This document shows, one piece after another, positions 1 to 11,549 of a stretch of DNA of 35,384 nt (within the stretch, counting starts at the first letter, position 1; each line of letters starts with the position of its first letter). This DNA is from an uncultured Methanosarcinales archaeon (GTDB taxonomy: Archaea; Nanobdellota; Nanobdellia; Woesearchaeales; CAYSVS01), in contig CAYSVS010000008.1 of NCBI GenBank assembly GCA_964434475.1, positions 1-35,384 on the forward strand, in the 5' to 3' direction. A program made the translations under genes and the position numbers. Below the pieces are notes generated by a model, which was given only the letters and a program-made list of their open reading frames with translations, did no database searches and was not told the origin of the DNA.

Positions 1-1504
<1,504 letters not shown>

Positions 1505-1748
1505 TAAAATTTTACATCCTTCGATTATTAGTACGTTCGCTTGCTAATAGAAACTTAAAGTTTGTTTATCACAGATACTTGACAGTAATATCAAGTACGT
1601 CAATTTTAAATCAACCACCTATATGTCGCTTAGAATTTTTCATACACAAAAATCTATGATTTTTGGTATCAGAATTCTTATCCAGAATTCCTGATATCTA
1701 AAATATAGGTTGGTGGCGATGATAAGTGGGATGTAGAAAAAAGGAGTC

Positions 1749-1763
1749 ATATATAAAACTTTC
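1749..1763 (-). promoter_or_regulatory. BRE/TATA promoter of the 16S transcript
   Basis: Minus strand reads GAAAGTTTTATATAT, about 245 nt upstream of the mature 16S 5' end. Confidence 0.6.
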
Positions 1764-1783
1764 TGTCTCAATTTATAAATAAA

Positions 1784-2482
1784 TCATAATCTTTTTAAAG
1801 AGATAATCAAAAAATTCCTTAACCACATATGTAAAATAATCAACAAAGATAAACTCCAGAAATTCTGAAAAATATATAGTTGATAAAAAGAGATAAAGCT
1901 AATTGCTAACCACATAAAAAATAATAATAACAATAATAATAATAATTTATAGGATCCAAGATAAGAAGTAATATCTAAATAATTAGTCTCATCAATATTA
2001 GAATATGTAATATACATGAAAAACAAAATTATTGTAGTGAACAAAGCCAAGACAAAATAACTCACAATGTTGAATTCAGAAAAAAGTAAGAAAGTAATTA
2101 TTAAAAAAACAGGTATAAAATATACCAAACTTGAAATGACGAACCTAAAAAACATCTTCTTCATATTTGCTTTAGGATTATTGATCTTATGCGTCAAAGA
2201 CCAAGAAAGATTGTTTAAGACAAGCCAAGACAATAAAATAATAATAGAACCTGCCACAAGATAGTTGATCATCATACTATAATTATATTCTATAGATTCA
2301 AGATAAAAAGAGAAGGTATCGACATACATGTCCTGAGCATGTTCTGCTATTTTAGTTGTAACCTCAAGCACCAAAGGAGCATAAAAATATGAAGTTAAAA
2401 TGAAAATAAAAAAGAACATCAACTGCAGCAAAAATATTATCAATGCCCTATAATCCTTAAAAATCTTTATTGACCTAATCAT
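1784..2482 (-). CDS. Hypothetical multi-pass membrane protein
   Basis: 232-aa ORF with about 5-6 hydrophobic segments; overlaps the lonB stop. Confidence 0.75.
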   Translation of the reverse strand: MIRSIKIFKDYRALIIFLLQLMFFFIFILTSYFYAPLVLEVTTKIAEHAQDMYVDTFSFYLESIEYNYSMMINYLVAGSIIILLSWLVLNNLSWSLTHKINNPKANMKKMFFRFVISSLVYFIPVFLIITFLLFSEFNIVSYFVLALFTTIILFFMYITYSNIDETNYLDITSYLGSYKLLLLLLLLFFMWLAISFISFYQLYIFQNFWSLSLLIILHMWLRNFLIISLKRL

Positions 2483-4343
2483 TCTGAAGTTTCAATATTT
2501 GGTTCAATGTGGTTTTTTTACCTGTCCAATCCAATGCTTCCTTAAGAACATCAGCAATAGTTTCAACAGGCACAATGTTAATATTTTTTATCTTCTCCTT
2601 GTCAACCACTATATCCCTGATGTTTGATTTAGGCACAAGTATATTTTTTATTCCTGCTTCTATAGCAGCTTCAATCTTAGCAGACACACCGCCAATAGGC
2701 AATACTTCTCCTTTCACAGATAAGCTGCCAGTCATCGCAGTATCCTGTTTTATAGGTATCTTTTTCAAGGAAGATATAACAGACGTAGCGACAGCAATAG
2801 AAGCACTGTCTCCCTCTACACCTTCATAGGTCTGCAAAAACTGCACATAGATATCATATTTTTCCTTTATATCCTCGCCAAAATATTTTTTAATTATAGC
2901 AGATACATTCTTTATAGCTTCTTTTGCTATCTCACCTAGTTTTCCTGTTGCAATGATTTCAGATTCTTTACCACCATGAGCTACCGCAGATTCTATAGGC
3001 AACACTATACCAGATAAAGAACTTCCTGAACCCATAACAGCCAAACCGTTTACTCTTCCAATCTTCCTGCCCTTTGTTACGATAACATCATACTCTTTTT
3101 TTCTTTCTATGAATTTATCTGCAATTTGTTTCTCCAATGTTCTTGCTATCTTTTTAGCTTCAAGTACATGTGATTTTTTTACAGTCTTGCTTTTTTTCTC
3201 AAGAGCAACATCTCCTGCTGCTCTGACTAATCCACCTAATTCCCTTAGCCTTAATGTCAGATGACTTTTTCTGTTTGCCATCCTTCTTGCCTGTTCAATT
3301 ATGGCGTCAACAGCTTCTCTCGAAAAATGAGGTATCTTTTTATCGTTCTTTATCTCCTGTGCTATAAATTGAATTATTTTTTTTCGGTTTTCCTCTGTAT
3401 CTTTAATAGTCTCATTCATAAAAACTTCATAACCATAACCCCTTATCCTTGATCTTAATGCAGGATGCATGTTTTTTATAGTCTCGAAATTTCCTGCTGC
3501 AACAAGAACAAAATCACAAGGTGCTGGCTCTGTCCTCACCATAGCCCCAGCAGATCTTTCGCTCTGGCCAGTGATAGAATATCTTCTCTCTTGAATTGCA
3601 GATAAGAGATCTTGTTGTGTTTTAGGGTCTAATGTCGCAATTTCATCTATGAACAAAACACCTTTGTTTGCCCTATGTATCATCCCTGCAACTACTCTTT
3701 CATGTGCAGGAGTACCCAATCCTCCGCTTTGGAAAGGATCATGCAATACATCTCCTAACAATGCTCCAGCATGAGCTCCTGTAGCATCGAAAAAAGGCGC
3801 TTGTTTCTTGTTATAATTATCTACAATAATTTTAGGAACCTTGGCTTGACTCGGCATCTTTCTTCCAAGATTAAGAAAGATTACAAAAGCTGCCAAAAAT
3901 AGCATACCCCCCAAAAAGAATGCAGCGAACATTATATCGCTCTTATAATAATCTCTTGCCCACCACGGCATGATCATAGCAAGTATGACAAGTATGAATA
4001 ATATCAAATTTTGATTCTTGAAAAATCCCGCAGACTGCATCTTTGCTTTCGCATTTATCTCTCTGCCTTTGCCAGCAGGTACTGCCCTAACCATGGGCTG
4101 GTTATCATCATTAGGATTATAGAAAGAAAGAATGTCCTGAAGTTTTTCTTTAGGTAGCAGTTCTGCCAATGCTAAACCAAGCATAGATTTGCCAGTGCCA
4201 GGTTCGCCTATAAGCAATACATGTCTTCTTTGCAGTGCTGCTTTTTTTATTACCTTGACGGCTTCATCCTGACCTATAACCTGATCCACAATTTTCTTTG
4301 GAACTTCTATGTCTTTGGTAGATTTGAGTTCTTTTTTTGCCAT
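2475..4343 (-). CDS. lonB: ATP-dependent protease LonB (membrane-anchored archaeal Lon)
   Basis: Walker A GEPGTGKS, two TM helices inserted in the AAA domain, Walker B LFIDE, catalytic GDSAS serine and downstream Lys (IGGVSAK). Confidence 0.97.
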   Translation of the reverse strand: MAKKELKSTKDIEVPKKIVDQVIGQDEAVKVIKKAALQRRHVLLIGEPGTGKSMLGLALAELLPKEKLQDILSFYNPNDDNQPMVRAVPAGKGREINAKAKMQSAGFFKNQNLILFILVILAMIMPWWARDYYKSDIMFAAFFLGGMLFLAAFVIFLNLGRKMPSQAKVPKIIVDNYNKKQAPFFDATGAHAGALLGDVLHDPFQSGGLGTPAHERVVAGMIHRANKGVLFIDEIATLDPKTQQDLLSAIQERRYSITGQSERSAGAMVRTEPAPCDFVLVAAGNFETIKNMHPALRSRIRGYGYEVFMNETIKDTEENRKKIIQFIAQEIKNDKKIPHFSREAVDAIIEQARRMANRKSHLTLRLRELGGLVRAAGDVALEKKSKTVKKSHVLEAKKIARTLEKQIADKFIERKKEYDVIVTKGRKIGRVNGLAVMGSGSSLSGIVLPIESAVAHGGKESEIIATGKLGEIAKEAIKNVSAIIKKYFGEDIKEKYDIYVQFLQTYEGVEGDSASIAVATSVISSLKKIPIKQDTAMTGSLSVKGEVLPIGGVSAKIEAAIEAGIKNILVPKSNIRDIVVDKEKIKNINIVPVETIADVLKEALDWTGKKTTLNQILKLQND

Positions 4344-4383
4344 ATTAAAAAATTAAGAATAGATAGTATTTATAGTTTTTTGT

Positions 4384-4956
4384 TTAATAATGAAAATTAT
4401 CTGCATCAAAATCTTCAGGTTGTTGTTTTGTCTGCTCTAAAAAAGGATTTTTTATTTTGTGCTCTTTCAAAAGTTGAGTGTATATTTGTATAAAAATATC
4501 TTGCGGTAAATTGATTCCTGCTGATACGAATGCATTTGCAAGGTTAAATGCTATTTGGTTTACATCTCCTTTTGGCTTAAAATTCAAGAGTTGCCTTAAA
4601 GTATATGTATTTAGGAAGCCTTCGTTCATCTGCAAAGAAACTTCTCTTTTGTTCTTGTTGTCGCATACTTTTTTTGTTTCTAGGTTGACCGAGAAATTAT
4701 CTCGCAGATATTCTTTATTATGTCTTCTGAATCTGAAATTAGATAGATTGTTTTCGATAATCTGATCCAGAATAGCGTCAAAAGAATCTCTTGAATGAGG
4801 CGAAACGTCTCTATTATCAACCATGTCCAGTTTATGTACTCTTCCAAGATATTTCAATGATTTCTGCCTTGAACCTTTTTTTCTTTTTTTTCAAGTGTTT
4901 TCAACTAAATAGGCGTATTCTTTTTCTTTTATTTTTTTTATTCTTACAAAAGGCAC
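4384..4956 (-). pseudogene. Hypothetical protein interrupted by an in-frame TGA at 4891-4893 (pseudogene, error or read-through)
   Basis: GTG at 4956 reads MPFVRIKKIKEKEYAYLVENT*KKRKKGSRQKSLKYLGRVHKL, in frame with ORF 4384..4857. Confidence 0.6.
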
Positions 4957-5066
4957 GGTTTTGTTATTAGAACATTATTATTTAAAGTTATGGATTATAT
5001 TTATGTTACATTCCAAATAAACAGAAAATTAATATATTTGAAATGTCTTTTTGAATAATTAGTTTA

Positions 5067-5411
5067 ATGAAAGAATCAACTTTGTTAAAAATTGCATTGA
5101 TTTCTGCTATTTTGGGGACTGCAGCATTGTATTTTATTGCAGGACAGATTGAAGTAAATGAAAAAAGTATAGACAAGATAACTTCTGATTATATACAAAG
5201 TGATGTGAAGATAATAGGGCATGTGATGAAGATAAGTGAAACAGATAAAGTAGCTTATGTAGATGTTGCACAACCGAAATCAATAAGCGTTGTTGTATTT
5301 AAGGACGGAAAGCTGCAATTAAAAGAGAATGATTACATAGAAGTCACAGGCATGGTAGAAGAGTATGAAGGAAATCTTCAGTTGATAGCGAACGAGATTA
5401 AAGTGAAGTAG
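5067..5411 (+). CDS. Membrane-anchored OB-fold protein
   Basis: N-terminal TM helix followed by an OB-fold pattern (VKIIGHV...ISVVVF...IEVTGMVEEYEGNLQLIA). Confidence 0.8.
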   Translation: MKESTLLKIALISAILGTAALYFIAGQIEVNEKSIDKITSDYIQSDVKIIGHVMKISETDKVAYVDVAQPKSISVVVFKDGKLQLKENDYIEVTGMVEEYEGNLQLIANEIKVK

Positions 5412-5412
5412 G

Positions 5413-6627
5413 ATGTTATTTATCGAATTTATTATGGCGATTTTGATGGGCTGCAGTGCAGGAATCATAACAGGCTTAATACCAGGAGTCCATATAAATT
5501 TAGTAAGTATTGTTTTGCTTAATGTTTCAGGTTATCTTTTAGGATTTGCCAATCCTTTAAGTTTAGGAATTTTTATAATATCTATGGCTGTGACACACAG
5601 TTTTCTGGATAGCATACCTTCTGTTTTCTTAGGAGCGCCTGATGCTGACCAAGCATTGAATGTTTTGCCAGGACATAGGATGCTGATGGAAGGCAAAGGG
5701 TTCGAAGCTGTTAAACTTACAGTGATAGGAAGTTTGCTATGCTTGATATTAACACTTATGTTTATTCCATTGATAATTCCGTTTTTGCCTAAAGTTTACG
5801 AAGGAATAAAACCATACATAGGATGGATACTGCTTTGTGTTGCTATATTTATGGTATTGAAAGCATCTGGAATAAAGAAAAAACTATGGAGTTTTTTTGT
5901 TTTTGTTTTCTCCGGAGCTTTAGGAATTATAGTCTTGAACTTTCCTAATCTGCAGCAACCATTGTTTCCTTTGTTGTCAGGAATGTTTGGAGTGAGCACA
6001 CTATTGTTGTCATTGACACAGAAAGTTAATCTGCCCAAACAAGTGATTACAGAGACAATAAAGATAAGCAAACTAAGGACGATAAAGGCTTTGTTTGCTG
6101 CTGTTTTTTCAGGAAGCTTGACAGGAATATTTCCAGGACTGGGAGCTGCACAGGCTGCTATAATCGCAATCCAACTTGTAGGCGACATAGGCATGTATGC
6201 TTTCATGATATTAATAGGAGGAATTAATACTGTTAATTTCATATTTTCTTTGGCAACTTTGTACGCAATACACAAAGCAAGAAATGGCGCTGTAATAGTT
6301 GTTATGGAAATTGTCAAAAGCATAGATACTTATGGACTGATGCTGTTTCTTTTCTGTGCTTTGGTGGCAGGAAGCATTGCTACATTTCTGGCTTTGAAGA
6401 TCAGCAAAGGATTTGCTCGCACGATAACTAAGCTAAACTATAACTATATGTGCTATTCTGTCATAGGATTGATATATTTCATGGTTGCGTTCTTCTCAGG
6501 ATTTTGGGGAATTGTTATACTATCAATAAGCACAGCGATAGGAATAATACCTGCAGTTATCGGAGTAGGAAGAAACAATGCTATGGGTTGTTTGTTATTG
6601 CCTGTTATAATTTATTTTCTAGCATAA
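5413..6627 (+). CDS. TctA-like (DUF112) membrane protein
   Basis: GIITGLIPGVHIN, FLDSIPSVFLGAP and VLPGHRM motifs; about 11-12 TM segments. Confidence 0.88.
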   Translation: MLFIEFIMAILMGCSAGIITGLIPGVHINLVSIVLLNVSGYLLGFANPLSLGIFIISMAVTHSFLDSIPSVFLGAPDADQALNVLPGHRMLMEGKGFEAVKLTVIGSLLCLILTLMFIPLIIPFLPKVYEGIKPYIGWILLCVAIFMVLKASGIKKKLWSFFVFVFSGALGIIVLNFPNLQQPLFPLLSGMFGVSTLLLSLTQKVNLPKQVITETIKISKLRTIKALFAAVFSGSLTGIFPGLGAAQAAIIAIQLVGDIGMYAFMILIGGINTVNFIFSLATLYAIHKARNGAVIVVMEIVKSIDTYGLMLFLFCALVAGSIATFLALKISKGFARTITKLNYNYMCYSVIGLIYFMVAFFSGFWGIVILSISTAIGIIPAVIGVGRNNAMGCLLLPVIIYFLA

Positions 6628-6796
6628 AAAGATATATAATGTCAACAGTTCATAACCACCAACCAATACACGAAAAAACATTAAAATATTTTTTGTGTTC
6701 TAAAAACCCATTATTTATATGAGACCAGTAGTATTAAAAGTATAAAAATAGCTCAAGCTATCTAATTAATGTAACAATAATGCAATATTATAATAT

Positions 6797-7054
6797 TCAC
6801 TTAAGCTCTACTTCAGTTCCTAAGCATTGGCCAGGCATACCTTTTTCCATAAGTATCCTCAAAGCACCAGAATTACCATGAGCTGATCTAACTTCTCCCT
6901 TGATCTCATTCTTTGCAGGAGTTGTCCAAACAGCAGTTTTTCCTACTAGTTCACTAGCTTTTTCTTTGGTGTCAACGCTTGGTACCACAACTATAACTTG
7001 GTTTGGTGTTTGACAATGCTTACTTCTTCTAAAACTTTTGATTAATCCTTTCAT
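6797..7054 (-). CDS. rpl35ae: 50S ribosomal protein L35Ae
   Basis: SFRRSKH, IKGEVRSAHGNSGALR and GMPGQCLG motifs. Confidence 0.93.
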   Translation of the reverse strand: MKGLIKSFRRSKHCQTPNQVIVVVPSVDTKEKASELVGKTAVWTTPAKNEIKGEVRSAHGNSGALRILMEKGMPGQCLGTEVELK

Positions 7055-7115
7055 ACTTTTGCTGAAATTAATGCTTATTTAAATAAGTTATTGTTTTAAG
7101 CATCAAAATATATGT

Positions 7116-7400
7116 TATACCATTCGGTATATAAATATTAAAAAGTTATTTTATTCGGAATTTATACCCTTCGGCATTATTATTTATTCTAAATTACTGT
7201 TTAAAATCGAAACATTTATATATTTTCTAATTAATACCTTTCGGTATAAATACCTAATAAACAGAAATAATAGTGCCTTGAGATATGACCTACCCCCAAA
7301 TTTCAAGGCATTTTTTATTTTTTTCTGTTATTGTTTTTCGCCGAAAAATAGCAAGATTTATATAATATTATACCCATTAAGTAATATACCGATTGGTATT
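7116..7400. promoter_or_regulatory. Four palindromic operator-like sites WATACC-N4-GGYATW plus two TATA boxes
   Basis: TATACCattcGGTATA 7116-7131, TATACCcttcGGCATT 7163-7178, AATACCtttcGGTATA 7233-7248, TATACCgattGGTATT 7385-7400. TTTATATA boxes at about 7215 and 7357. Confidence 0.75.
7245..7324 (+). ncRNA. Candidate small RNA or attenuator: hairpin with C-rich loop plus U-tract
   Basis: TATA at about 7215; stem AGTGCCTTGAGAT (7272-7284) / ATTTCAAGGCATT (7300-7312); loop ATGACCTACCCCCAA; T-run to 7324. Confidence 0.4.
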
Positions 7401-7415
7401 AAGAAGTGAAATAGT

Positions 7416-8570
7416 ATGCCCAGCCCAGTAAAAATATTTAGCGGAAGAGAACATTACCTAGAGATATTAAGGAAAAATAAAGAAAATTTAAAAAAAGGAC
7501 ACATACACCACCATTCTATCGTTTCTCCAAAAGGCTATGGCAAAACTTCTATAATACAAGAATTCATCTCAAGAAACAAAGATATAAAGACAGTATATCT
7601 TGATCTTGAAAAACTGAGCTTAACTCCAGAGAGCTTCTGTGTCGAAGTTATCTCTGAAGCAACATATCAAATTAATGGTCAAAAAGTTGAGCAGACTATT
7701 GAGGGGCTGGCTAAGGCAAAAACACCTGTTTCTGAAATCGTTGAAAAAGCTATAAACGAACTTGAAAAGATAAAACCAAATCAGCTGAATCTTCTAAGCT
7801 GGGCATTCAATTTCTTGGAAGAATGGGCAAAAGCTGAAGGTTTTAAAGCAATGATATGTTTTGATGAATTTCAAAACATAGTTAACTTCAACAATTTCAG
7901 CCAGATAAAGAACATAACTGAATTTTTTGATACACAAACTAAGCAATGGAAAAATACGAGTTGCATAATAACAGGATCAGCAGTAAGCGGTATGAAACAG
8001 ATATCTGAAACTCTTGGCTTTATTACAGAAGATTTATCAGGCATGGACAGGCAAAGTGTAAAAGAATTTGCAGACAAGATTATTTCTTTAGATGACGAAG
8101 AAATAGACAAACTATATGGATTAACAGCAGGAATTCCTTTGTATGTTTATGCAACATGCAAAAGATACAAAGACTTCAAAGATATAGAAAAAGCGTTTGT
8201 TGCTGATACCTTGAGCAAGCAAGGGATAATATACAACCAACTCAATAATTCTTTGCAGGAAGCTTTAAGCAGAGCAAGAGGACAAACCTTATTATTCTCT
8301 ATCATAAAGACATTAGCAAATAACAAGCCCTTGAGATTAACAGATATTTCTTCAAGGATTTTCAGATCAGGGCCTGTAACGAAAAGCCTGGTTGACAGAT
8401 TAGTGAAAGTAGATATAGTATCAAAGGAAGGAAAATTGTTTACAATTTCTGATGAAGTGATGAAATATTTCATAAAACAAATATTTGTCGAGAAAAAAGA
8501 ACTAGGATACGACATTGAAAAGACAAAGGTTGCAAAGATTGCTAAAAAACTTAAGGAGGATATGCAATGA
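7416..8570 (+). CDS. Archaeal STAND-like AAA+ ATPase (ATPase_2-type) with C-terminal winged helix
   Basis: FSGRE N-terminal motif, Walker A SPKGYGKTS, Walker B ICFDEFQ, IITGS, TAGIPLY, and wHTH pattern LRLTDISSRIFRSGPVTKSLVDRLVKVDIV. Confidence 0.85.
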   Translation: MPSPVKIFSGREHYLEILRKNKENLKKGHIHHHSIVSPKGYGKTSIIQEFISRNKDIKTVYLDLEKLSLTPESFCVEVISEATYQINGQKVEQTIEGLAKAKTPVSEIVEKAINELEKIKPNQLNLLSWAFNFLEEWAKAEGFKAMICFDEFQNIVNFNNFSQIKNITEFFDTQTKQWKNTSCIITGSAVSGMKQISETLGFITEDLSGMDRQSVKEFADKIISLDDEEIDKLYGLTAGIPLYVYATCKRYKDFKDIEKAFVADTLSKQGIIYNQLNNSLQEALSRARGQTLLFSIIKTLANNKPLRLTDISSRIFRSGPVTKSLVDRLVKVDIVSKEGKLFTISDEVMKYFIKQIFVEKKELGYDIEKTKVAKIAKKLKEDMQ

Positions 8571-10258
8571 AGCAAGAGCATAAGAAAAGGATGCTTGTAA
8601 TCTTTGCTTTGATAGCCTTAAGCATATTTGCGACCAGCGTATCAGCCGCAGGACCTGTGCAGTGGGGAACACAATGGAAATTCATAACAGGAAACTTTGT
8701 GATAATATTCGCTGTGATTGTATTAGGTTTGTCCATAACCCCTGGATTAAAAGAACAATTGCAGCCTAAATCAGGATGGGGCAACATAGACAAAGTCGGC
8801 AAATATGTGACATACGGAATGATAGCAGCACTTTCGCTTATTTTGGCGATAAACATAGCTAACACAGACTGGCTCTGGAAGGTATTATTTGAAAGTAATA
8901 AGATAGGCTGGTTATTTTATTTCAATGGAAGTTTCACGTTCAAACCTTTAGCTAATATTATAGTGTTTACATTATTTGCAATGGTGCTAGTTAATGTGTT
9001 CGGCAAAAAGCTTAATGTTTCAGAAAATAAGACAGCACTAACATTATTGATTATTGTTTTGGGAGTTATGTTAGCACATAATGCTGCATTTGAAGAGGAG
9101 AATCACGTTGACAGATACATATGGAAAATTAATGCAATAGATAACTCCATGAAATTCCTTTGGGGGGGAGAAGACGGATATTATGAATCTGAAGATCAGA
9201 CAAAACTAGGTGTGCTAAGAGCAAAGGTAACCATAGGGCAAGGAAACCTGGAAGGCACACATTATCCTCTGGGAGTATTGGTATTTGCAACAGCACTATA
9301 TTTCTGGCTGTTTACACAATATATTAAGTTCGAATCTCCATATAGACAAATTTTAGCCATATATCTGGCAGCTATTGCAGCAAATACAGGCACTGCATTG
9401 ACAACAGTAGCTTCCATAGCATACATAGTATTTATTATGGTCTTAAAGAACAGGATGGGTAAAGAAAAAGGCGAAGGCTGGGGCTGGGCTTTTGCGTTTG
9501 CTATAGTAGATACGATATTTGATACCATCAAAATAGGAGGCAAGCCATTAACTCCAGCGTTTGCTGTTTGGCTAAATGAAATAGGCGCAGGAACAGGATT
9601 GTTCGGCAATCCTTTCATAATGAACATGCTGTTCGGTTATGCCATAGGATGGGTGTGGGAAAATACGGCAGCTCCAAGACTGGACATAATGAAGGAATCA
9701 ACCAAATCATGGCGTGAAGCAAGACTTAATAAGATGAGAGAAGCTATGAAGAAAGATCCAATAGGATATTTTGATAAAACTAGTCCAGTCTCAAAAGTAT
9801 TCAAATGGCTTAAAGATAATTCAATAGTGTTCTCAGAGAATGCAGTGCTTACAAGAGAGATGAAGAAAGAGTTTAAACAAGCAGATAAAAAACAGAAAGA
9901 GATTGATAAACTGAATATAAAAAATGAAAACATAAACAATAAGTGGAGAACTGTAATCTTAAACAATACTCATTTAACAAACATACAAGGAACATTTGCA
10001 AATTTCAAAGAATACCCCAAAGAAAAAAATATCAAAAAATATATCAAAAAGAATATCAAAGAAAATAATACAGAGTTAACAGATGATCAAGTGAATACAA
10101 TATACAATATAAATGGATTAAAGAAAGATATCCAAAAAATATACCAGAACAATCTGCTTATTGATCGCCTAGAAACAGAGATTGAAGCACACTGGAAAAC
10201 TGCAAAAGAAAAAGCGAGTAAGAAAAATCAAAATACTAATAGCACAGGAGGGGCTTAG
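8567..10258 (+). CDS. Signal-peptide multi-pass membrane protein with C-terminal coiled-coil tail
   Basis: Signal peptide ending VSA-A, about 8-9 hydrophobic segments, K/E-rich tail; ATGA overlap with the ATPase. Confidence 0.8.
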   Translation: MKQEHKKRMLVIFALIALSIFATSVSAAGPVQWGTQWKFITGNFVIIFAVIVLGLSITPGLKEQLQPKSGWGNIDKVGKYVTYGMIAALSLILAINIANTDWLWKVLFESNKIGWLFYFNGSFTFKPLANIIVFTLFAMVLVNVFGKKLNVSENKTALTLLIIVLGVMLAHNAAFEEENHVDRYIWKINAIDNSMKFLWGGEDGYYESEDQTKLGVLRAKVTIGQGNLEGTHYPLGVLVFATALYFWLFTQYIKFESPYRQILAIYLAAIAANTGTALTTVASIAYIVFIMVLKNRMGKEKGEGWGWAFAFAIVDTIFDTIKIGGKPLTPAFAVWLNEIGAGTGLFGNPFIMNMLFGYAIGWVWENTAAPRLDIMKESTKSWREARLNKMREAMKKDPIGYFDKTSPVSKVFKWLKDNSIVFSENAVLTREMKKEFKQADKKQKEIDKLNIKNENINNKWRTVILNNTHLTNIQGTFANFKEYPKEKNIKKYIKKNIKENNTELTDDQVNTIYNINGLKKDIQKIYQNNLLIDRLETEIEAHWKTAKEKASKKNQNTNSTGGA

Positions 10259-11518
10259 ATGGATCCAGAAGATATGATTAAGGAAATCGAAAGCTTAAAG
10301 CAAAAGTTTGCTAAAAGAAACGAGTTAGCTCAAAAGCTGAAGGAGGACGTATATTACTATTCAACAAGGAGAGGAAAGCTAGAGAAAGAGTTTATATCAA
10401 GCTTGGAACTGGCAAGGAACAAAGAATATTTTGACGGCAATCCTGGAAATTTCATAAACCAAACAATAGAAAAGATAAACTCAATAAATCCTGAAGCAAA
10501 GATAAAACACAAGATAATCAAGAAACTGGAGAAATTCAAGTCAGAGCTGCCTAATGAACACGAGATACATTATATAGATACAATAATCAATGAATTAAAG
10601 GGGTTTAAGCCAGGAAGTGTTGCGATAGATGATTTCAGTCAAAAGATAAAGGATTACATAAAGCATTTAAGAGAAGAAGGAGATAAGGAAACAGCATTGA
10701 AGCTGATAAAAGCGAAGTTTGCAAGAAGAATAAGGTTCTATAGGATAGAAGAAAGGATACTCAGAAAAATTATAGAAAGTATAGAAAATGATAATTCTGA
10801 CTGGACATACTTCAGAGAAAAATTCTATGGAGACATAAAAAAGATAGCGCACAGGTTCGAGACAAAATATGGAGATACAAGCTTCAAAAAAGAGATATTA
10901 GAAGAAAGAAAAAAAGTCCACGAAGACAGGAACATATGGCTGGAATTCCTTAAGCAAAAACTCAATGATATGGAAAGCATGAAAGATCTGGCCAAAGAAG
11001 AGCAAGGAGCTATAGAGGAATTAGTAAATATATTATCATCCAGATTAATACAGCTTAAAAGCAAAAGAGAAGATATAAGAAAAGATTGCGAAAAAGAACT
11101 GTATTCAGAATACAAAGACATCAAGGAAAAGAGAGACAAGACAATAAAGGAATTTGAAAGGATAGTTAAAAGGCAAACAGAATTATTAGAAGGCTATGGA
11201 GCTTTGGTTAATGAGGTTTACACATTAAAGGATAAAGCTACAGAAGACATAAACAAACTAAAAAGATATTACAGGTGGCAGGATGATTCATTAAACTGGC
11301 ACAACAGCTTATCAGATAATGACAAAAAAAGATGGAAGCCAAGGATAGAACAGATGAAAGAATATATGAAAAGGACATTAAATGAGGAACAGGATATATA
11401 CAAAAACCTGAAGAACATAGTAGATGACGCAGATGTAACAGGAAAACTGATAGGAAAAAAATTAAAGCTGCTGAACAATAGCTTTGATGAATTCAATAAA
11501 CTGAAAAAAGCTGCGTAA
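10259..11518 (+). CDS. Hypothetical helical/coiled-coil protein ending KKAA
   Basis: 419-aa K/E-rich ORF starting directly after the previous stop; SD-like GGAGG upstream. Confidence 0.8.
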   Translation: MDPEDMIKEIESLKQKFAKRNELAQKLKEDVYYYSTRRGKLEKEFISSLELARNKEYFDGNPGNFINQTIEKINSINPEAKIKHKIIKKLEKFKSELPNEHEIHYIDTIINELKGFKPGSVAIDDFSQKIKDYIKHLREEGDKETALKLIKAKFARRIRFYRIEERILRKIIESIENDNSDWTYFREKFYGDIKKIAHRFETKYGDTSFKKEILEERKKVHEDRNIWLEFLKQKLNDMESMKDLAKEEQGAIEELVNILSSRLIQLKSKREDIRKDCEKELYSEYKDIKEKRDKTIKEFERIVKRQTELLEGYGALVNEVYTLKDKATEDINKLKRYYRWQDDSLNWHNSLSDNDKKRWKPRIEQMKEYMKRTLNEEQDIYKNLKNIVDDADVTGKLIGKKLKLLNNSFDEFNKLKKAA

Positions 11519-11549
11519 AGTTTATATAAAGAATATAGTATAGATTAAA

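Noticed and set aside
4891..4893. Genome-wide TGA recoding or selenocysteine
   Set aside because: TGA terminates several conserved genes here, Trp uses TGG, and no redox-type context or SECIS-like element is evident.
6628..6796. Hydrophobic-looking minus-strand frame between the TctA-like gene and rpl35ae
   Set aside because: Multiple stops and no recognisable homology; probably AT-rich intergenic DNA.
7285..7365. 26-codon ORF MTYPQISRHFLFFSVIVFRRKIARFI as a toxin or leader peptide
   Set aside because: No SD, and the hydrophobic residues derive from the T-tract; the hairpin explains the region more simply.
10023..10060. 12-bp tandem repeat encoding KNIK/KYIK/KNIK
   Set aside because: Short low-complexity coding repeat, common in A-rich genes.
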